DNA of 64,000 bases from Rhodospirillales bacterium (GTDB taxonomy: Bacteria; Pseudomonadota; Alphaproteobacteria; ATCC43930; CGMCC-115725), in NCBI GenBank assembly GCA_028291405.1, contig JAQGID010000226.1, positions 1,177 through 65,176 on the forward strand, read 5' to 3'. Under the pieces are notes generated by a model, which saw only the letters and a program-made list of their open reading frames with translations, did not search any database and was not told the origin of the DNA. The translations under genes were made by a program, and so were the position numbers. Of this stretch, positions 61,803-64,000 are shown piece after piece; the first letter of the stretch is position 1, and each line of letters opens with the position of its first letter.

Positions 61803-62611
61803 TTACCCTGGCGCTCCGCTCGCGGCCCCCCGGCCGGCTATCGCTCGCCGGCGTGACGCCGGACCGCCTGGCGGCGCTCGACGAGACGGCGATCGCGAAG
61901 CTGCCGGTGCGGCTCGGCAATCGGCAGACGGCGCTCGGCGATTGGTTCGACATCCGCATCGCCGGCGCTGGCGAGGACAAGCTCGTCATCAGCGGCGCGG
62001 GCGGCGACCGGCTCGACCAGGTCGGCGGCATGATGGCGAGCGGCGAGTTGACCGTCGAGGGTGACGTCGGCGCCCGCGCCGGCCTCGCGATGACGGGCGG
62101 GCGCCTGACCGTGTCGGGCTCCGCGGGCGACGCGGCGGCGACGGCGATGCGCGACGGCGAGATCAGGATCGGCGGCGACGTCGGCGAGGCGCTGGGCGGT
62201 GCCTTGCCCGGCGAGCGGGTAGGCATGCGTGGCGGCACCGTCGTCGTGGCCCGCAATGCGCAGAGCGGCGTCGGCGACCGCATGCGGCGCGGCCTCGTCG
62301 TCGTCGTCGGCTCGGCCGGCGCGTTCTGCGGCGCCCGTCTGGCAGCGGGGACGATCGTCGTCGGCGGCGGCATCGGCGATCATCCCGGCATCGCCATGCG
62401 ACGCGGCAGCATCGTCGCGCTCGGCGCCGCACCGCGCCTCGCGCCCAGCTTCGCCGATTGCGGCGTCCATGACTTGATCGCCCAGCATCTGCTGGCGCGG
62501 CGGCTTGCACTGCTCGGTCTGGGGACACTGGCCTCGCGCATCGGACCGCTGCGCCGGTTCATGGGCGATCAGGCGGAAGCCGGCCGTGGCGAGATCCTCG
62601 TGCCGCGGTGA
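61799..62611 (+). CDS. fhcC: formyltransferase/hydrolase complex subunit C (FmdC homologue)
   Basis: Repeated G-x-x-G beta-helix pattern (GELTVEGDVGARAGLAMTGGRLTVSGSAGD..GEIRIGGDVG..GTVVVARNA). ATGA overlap upstream. Confidence 0.9.
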   Translation: MITLALRSRPPGRLSLAGVTPDRLAALDETAIAKLPVRLGNRQTALGDWFDIRIAGAGEDKLVISGAGGDRLDQVGGMMASGELTVEGDVGARAGLAMTGGRLTVSGSAGDAAATAMRDGEIRIGGDVGEALGGALPGERVGMRGGTVVVARNAQSGVGDRMRRGLVVVVGSAGAFCGARLAAGTIVVGGGIGDHPGIAMRRGSIVALGAAPRLAPSFADCGVHDLIAQHLLARRLALLGLGTLASRIGPLRRFMGDQAEAGRGEILVPR

Positions 62612-62638
62612 TTCCTGGCGACGTCGAACGGTAGGATA

Positions 62639-63478
62639 ATGACCATGCGCTCCGCCACCACTATCGCGCTCACCCTGATCTCGTCTCTGGCGATCGTCGC
62701 GCCCGCCGCGGCGCAGCCGATCGGCGAGATCCTCGACCGCACCGAGATGCGGGTCTGCGCCGATCCCAACGATTTGCCGTTCTCGAACGAGAAAGGCGAA
62801 GGGTTCGAGAACAAGATCGCGGAGATGATCGGCAAGGATCTCGGCCTGCCGGTGCGCTACGTGTTCTTTCCGCAGGTGACGGGCTTCGTGCGCAATACGC
62901 TGCGGGCGCGGACTTGCGACGTGATCATGGGAACTGTGGCCGGCGACGATCTCGTGCAGACGACGACGCCCTATTATTATTCGTCCTATGTCGCGGTCTA
63001 TCGCGCCGACAAGGATCTCGCCTTCACCAGCCTCGACGATCCCAAGCTGAAGCCGTTGCACATCGGCATCGTCAGCGCGACGCCGCCGTCGAATCTGCTC
63101 GTCCAGCACGGTCTGATGGCGAATGCCCGGCCCTATGCGTTGCTGGTCGACACACGCTACGATTCGGCGACGCACCAGATGATCGACGACATCATGAAGG
63201 GCGAGATCGACATGGGCCTGCTGTGGGGGCCGATCGCCGGCTATTACATCAAGAGCGAAAAGCTGCCGCTCGCCATGTCGGTCGTTCCGAACGAGCCGGG
63301 CCAGCCGCGCATGGATTACCACATCGCGCTCGGCGTCCGGATCAACGAGCCGGAGTGGCGGCGGCGGATCAATGCGGCGATCCAGAAGGATCGCCAGCAG
63401 ATCACGGCGACGCTCGAGGACTATGGCATCCCGCTGCTCGACGAGCAGGGCCGGCTGGCGCCTCCCGCCGAGCGCTGA
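62639..63478 (+). CDS. MoxJ/XoxJ-like periplasmic substrate-binding protein (quinoprotein dehydrogenase-associated)
   Basis: Signal peptide; RVCADPNDLPFSNEKGEGFENKIAE..PYYYSSYV..DMGLLWGP is an SBP_bac_3-like, MoxJ-type pattern. Confidence 0.85.
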   Translation: MTMRSATTIALTLISSLAIVAPAAAQPIGEILDRTEMRVCADPNDLPFSNEKGEGFENKIAEMIGKDLGLPVRYVFFPQVTGFVRNTLRARTCDVIMGTVAGDDLVQTTTPYYYSSYVAVYRADKDLAFTSLDDPKLKPLHIGIVSATPPSNLLVQHGLMANARPYALLVDTRYDSATHQMIDDIMKGEIDMGLLWGPIAGYYIKSEKLPLAMSVVPNEPGQPRMDYHIALGVRINEPEWRRRINAAIQKDRQQITATLEDYGIPLLDEQGRLAPPAER

Positions 63479-63481
63479 GCG

Positions 63482-64000
63482 ATGCGCGTCGCCGCGGTCG
63501 CTCTCGGCCTCTGCCTCGCATCGGCCGCGGCCGGCGCGGCGGATCCGGCGCCCGAGGAACCCGACAGGTACCGGCTCGACGACTACCGCGCGCCGACGCC
63601 GGCGACCATCGCGGGGCGTGCCGCGCTCGATACCGCAGCGGCGCATCATCTGTGGGAGTCACACGCCGCCGCCTTCATCGACGTCCTCCCAGCGCCGCGT
63701 CGGCCCGATGGTCTGCCGCCGGGCGCGGTCTGGGCGCCGAAGCCGCATCGCGACATTCCCGGCAGCACCTGGCTTCCCGACGTCGGTCGCGGCGCGCTGA
63801 CGCCGCGGCTGGAGGGCTGGTTCCGCGCCAACCTCGAGAGGCTGAGCGAGGGCAACCGCAAGGCGACACTGGTGTTCTATTGCCTCGCCGAGTGCTGGAT
63901 GAGCTGGAACGCGACGAAGCGCGCCATCGCCTGGGGCTACGAGGCGGCGCTGTGGTATGGCGATGGCACCGACGGATGGGAGGCGGCGGGGTTTCCGACC
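63482..64000 (+). CDS. PQQ-dependent catabolism-associated CXXCW-motif (rhodanese-like) protein; 3' end runs off the right edge
   Basis: Signal peptide; ..IPGSTWLP..LVFYCLAECWMSWNATKRA contains CxxCW. Starts 3 nt after the binding-protein stop. Confidence 0.8.
   Translation, partial: MRVAAVALGLCLASAAAGAADPAPEEPDRYRLDDYRAPTPATIAGRAALDTAAAHHLWESHAAAFIDVLPAPRRPDGLPPGAVWAPKPHRDIPGSTWLPDVGRGALTPRLEGWFRANLERLSEGNRKATLVFYCLAECWMSWNATKRAIAWGYEAALWYGDGTDGWEAAGFPT

Overview
This is a high-GC, alphaproteobacterial (Hyphomicrobiales-like) chromosomal segment. I saw no rRNA, tRNA or CRISPR array, and no intact mobile element. The first ~25 kb holds mixed housekeeping and accessory genes: an aldo/keto reductase, an orphan FlhF-like GTPase, a hemerythrin, a MucR/Ros regulator, a Nudix-type NadQ-like regulator, an ECF42-type sigma factor with its YCII partner, nadA-nadC, cysE with a divergent EamA exporter, a class III aminotransferase, an SDR/acyl-CoA dehydrogenase/phosphotransferase/small-protein module resembling lvaDCAB, a transglutaminase, a gamma-carbonic-anhydrase-like protein, lrgAB, an O-antigen ligase, a GT10 fucosyltransferase-like gene, a POTRA-less Omp85 barrel and a Zn-alcohol dehydrogenase. 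From ~25 kb to the right edge the window is a dense methylotrophy island. It contains fae divergent from a lanthanide-type xoxF plus a c-type cytochrome, a porin, and a FIST/PAS hybrid kinase with a LuxR-type regulator. It also contains periplasmic quinoprotein-associated genes (beta-propeller, MBL hydrolase, SoxYZ-like carrier, MoxJ-like binding protein, CXXCW protein), pqqBCDE, about ten H4MPT/methylofuran cofactor genes, mch, mtdB, mptG and a pcd-fhcBADC operon. The most useful hidden feature is a 26-codon pqqA (30758..30838, minus strand). It falls below the ORF-track size cutoff, has its own RBS and intrinsic terminator, and sits 7 kb from pqqBCDE on the opposite strand. The best candidates for undescribed biology are the quinoprotein-associated periplasmic relay genes co-transcribed with PQQ biosynthesis, the FIST-PAS kinase/LuxR unit beside pqqA, an uncharacterised periplasmic Cys-protein pair, and the lva-like 4-hydroxyacyl-CoA kinase/eliminase module. 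All family assignments come from reading motifs by eye, with no searches run. Coordinates of non-CDS features are approximate to about 2 nt. Many long ORFs in the track are GC-bias artefacts antisense to, or out of frame with, the genes listed.
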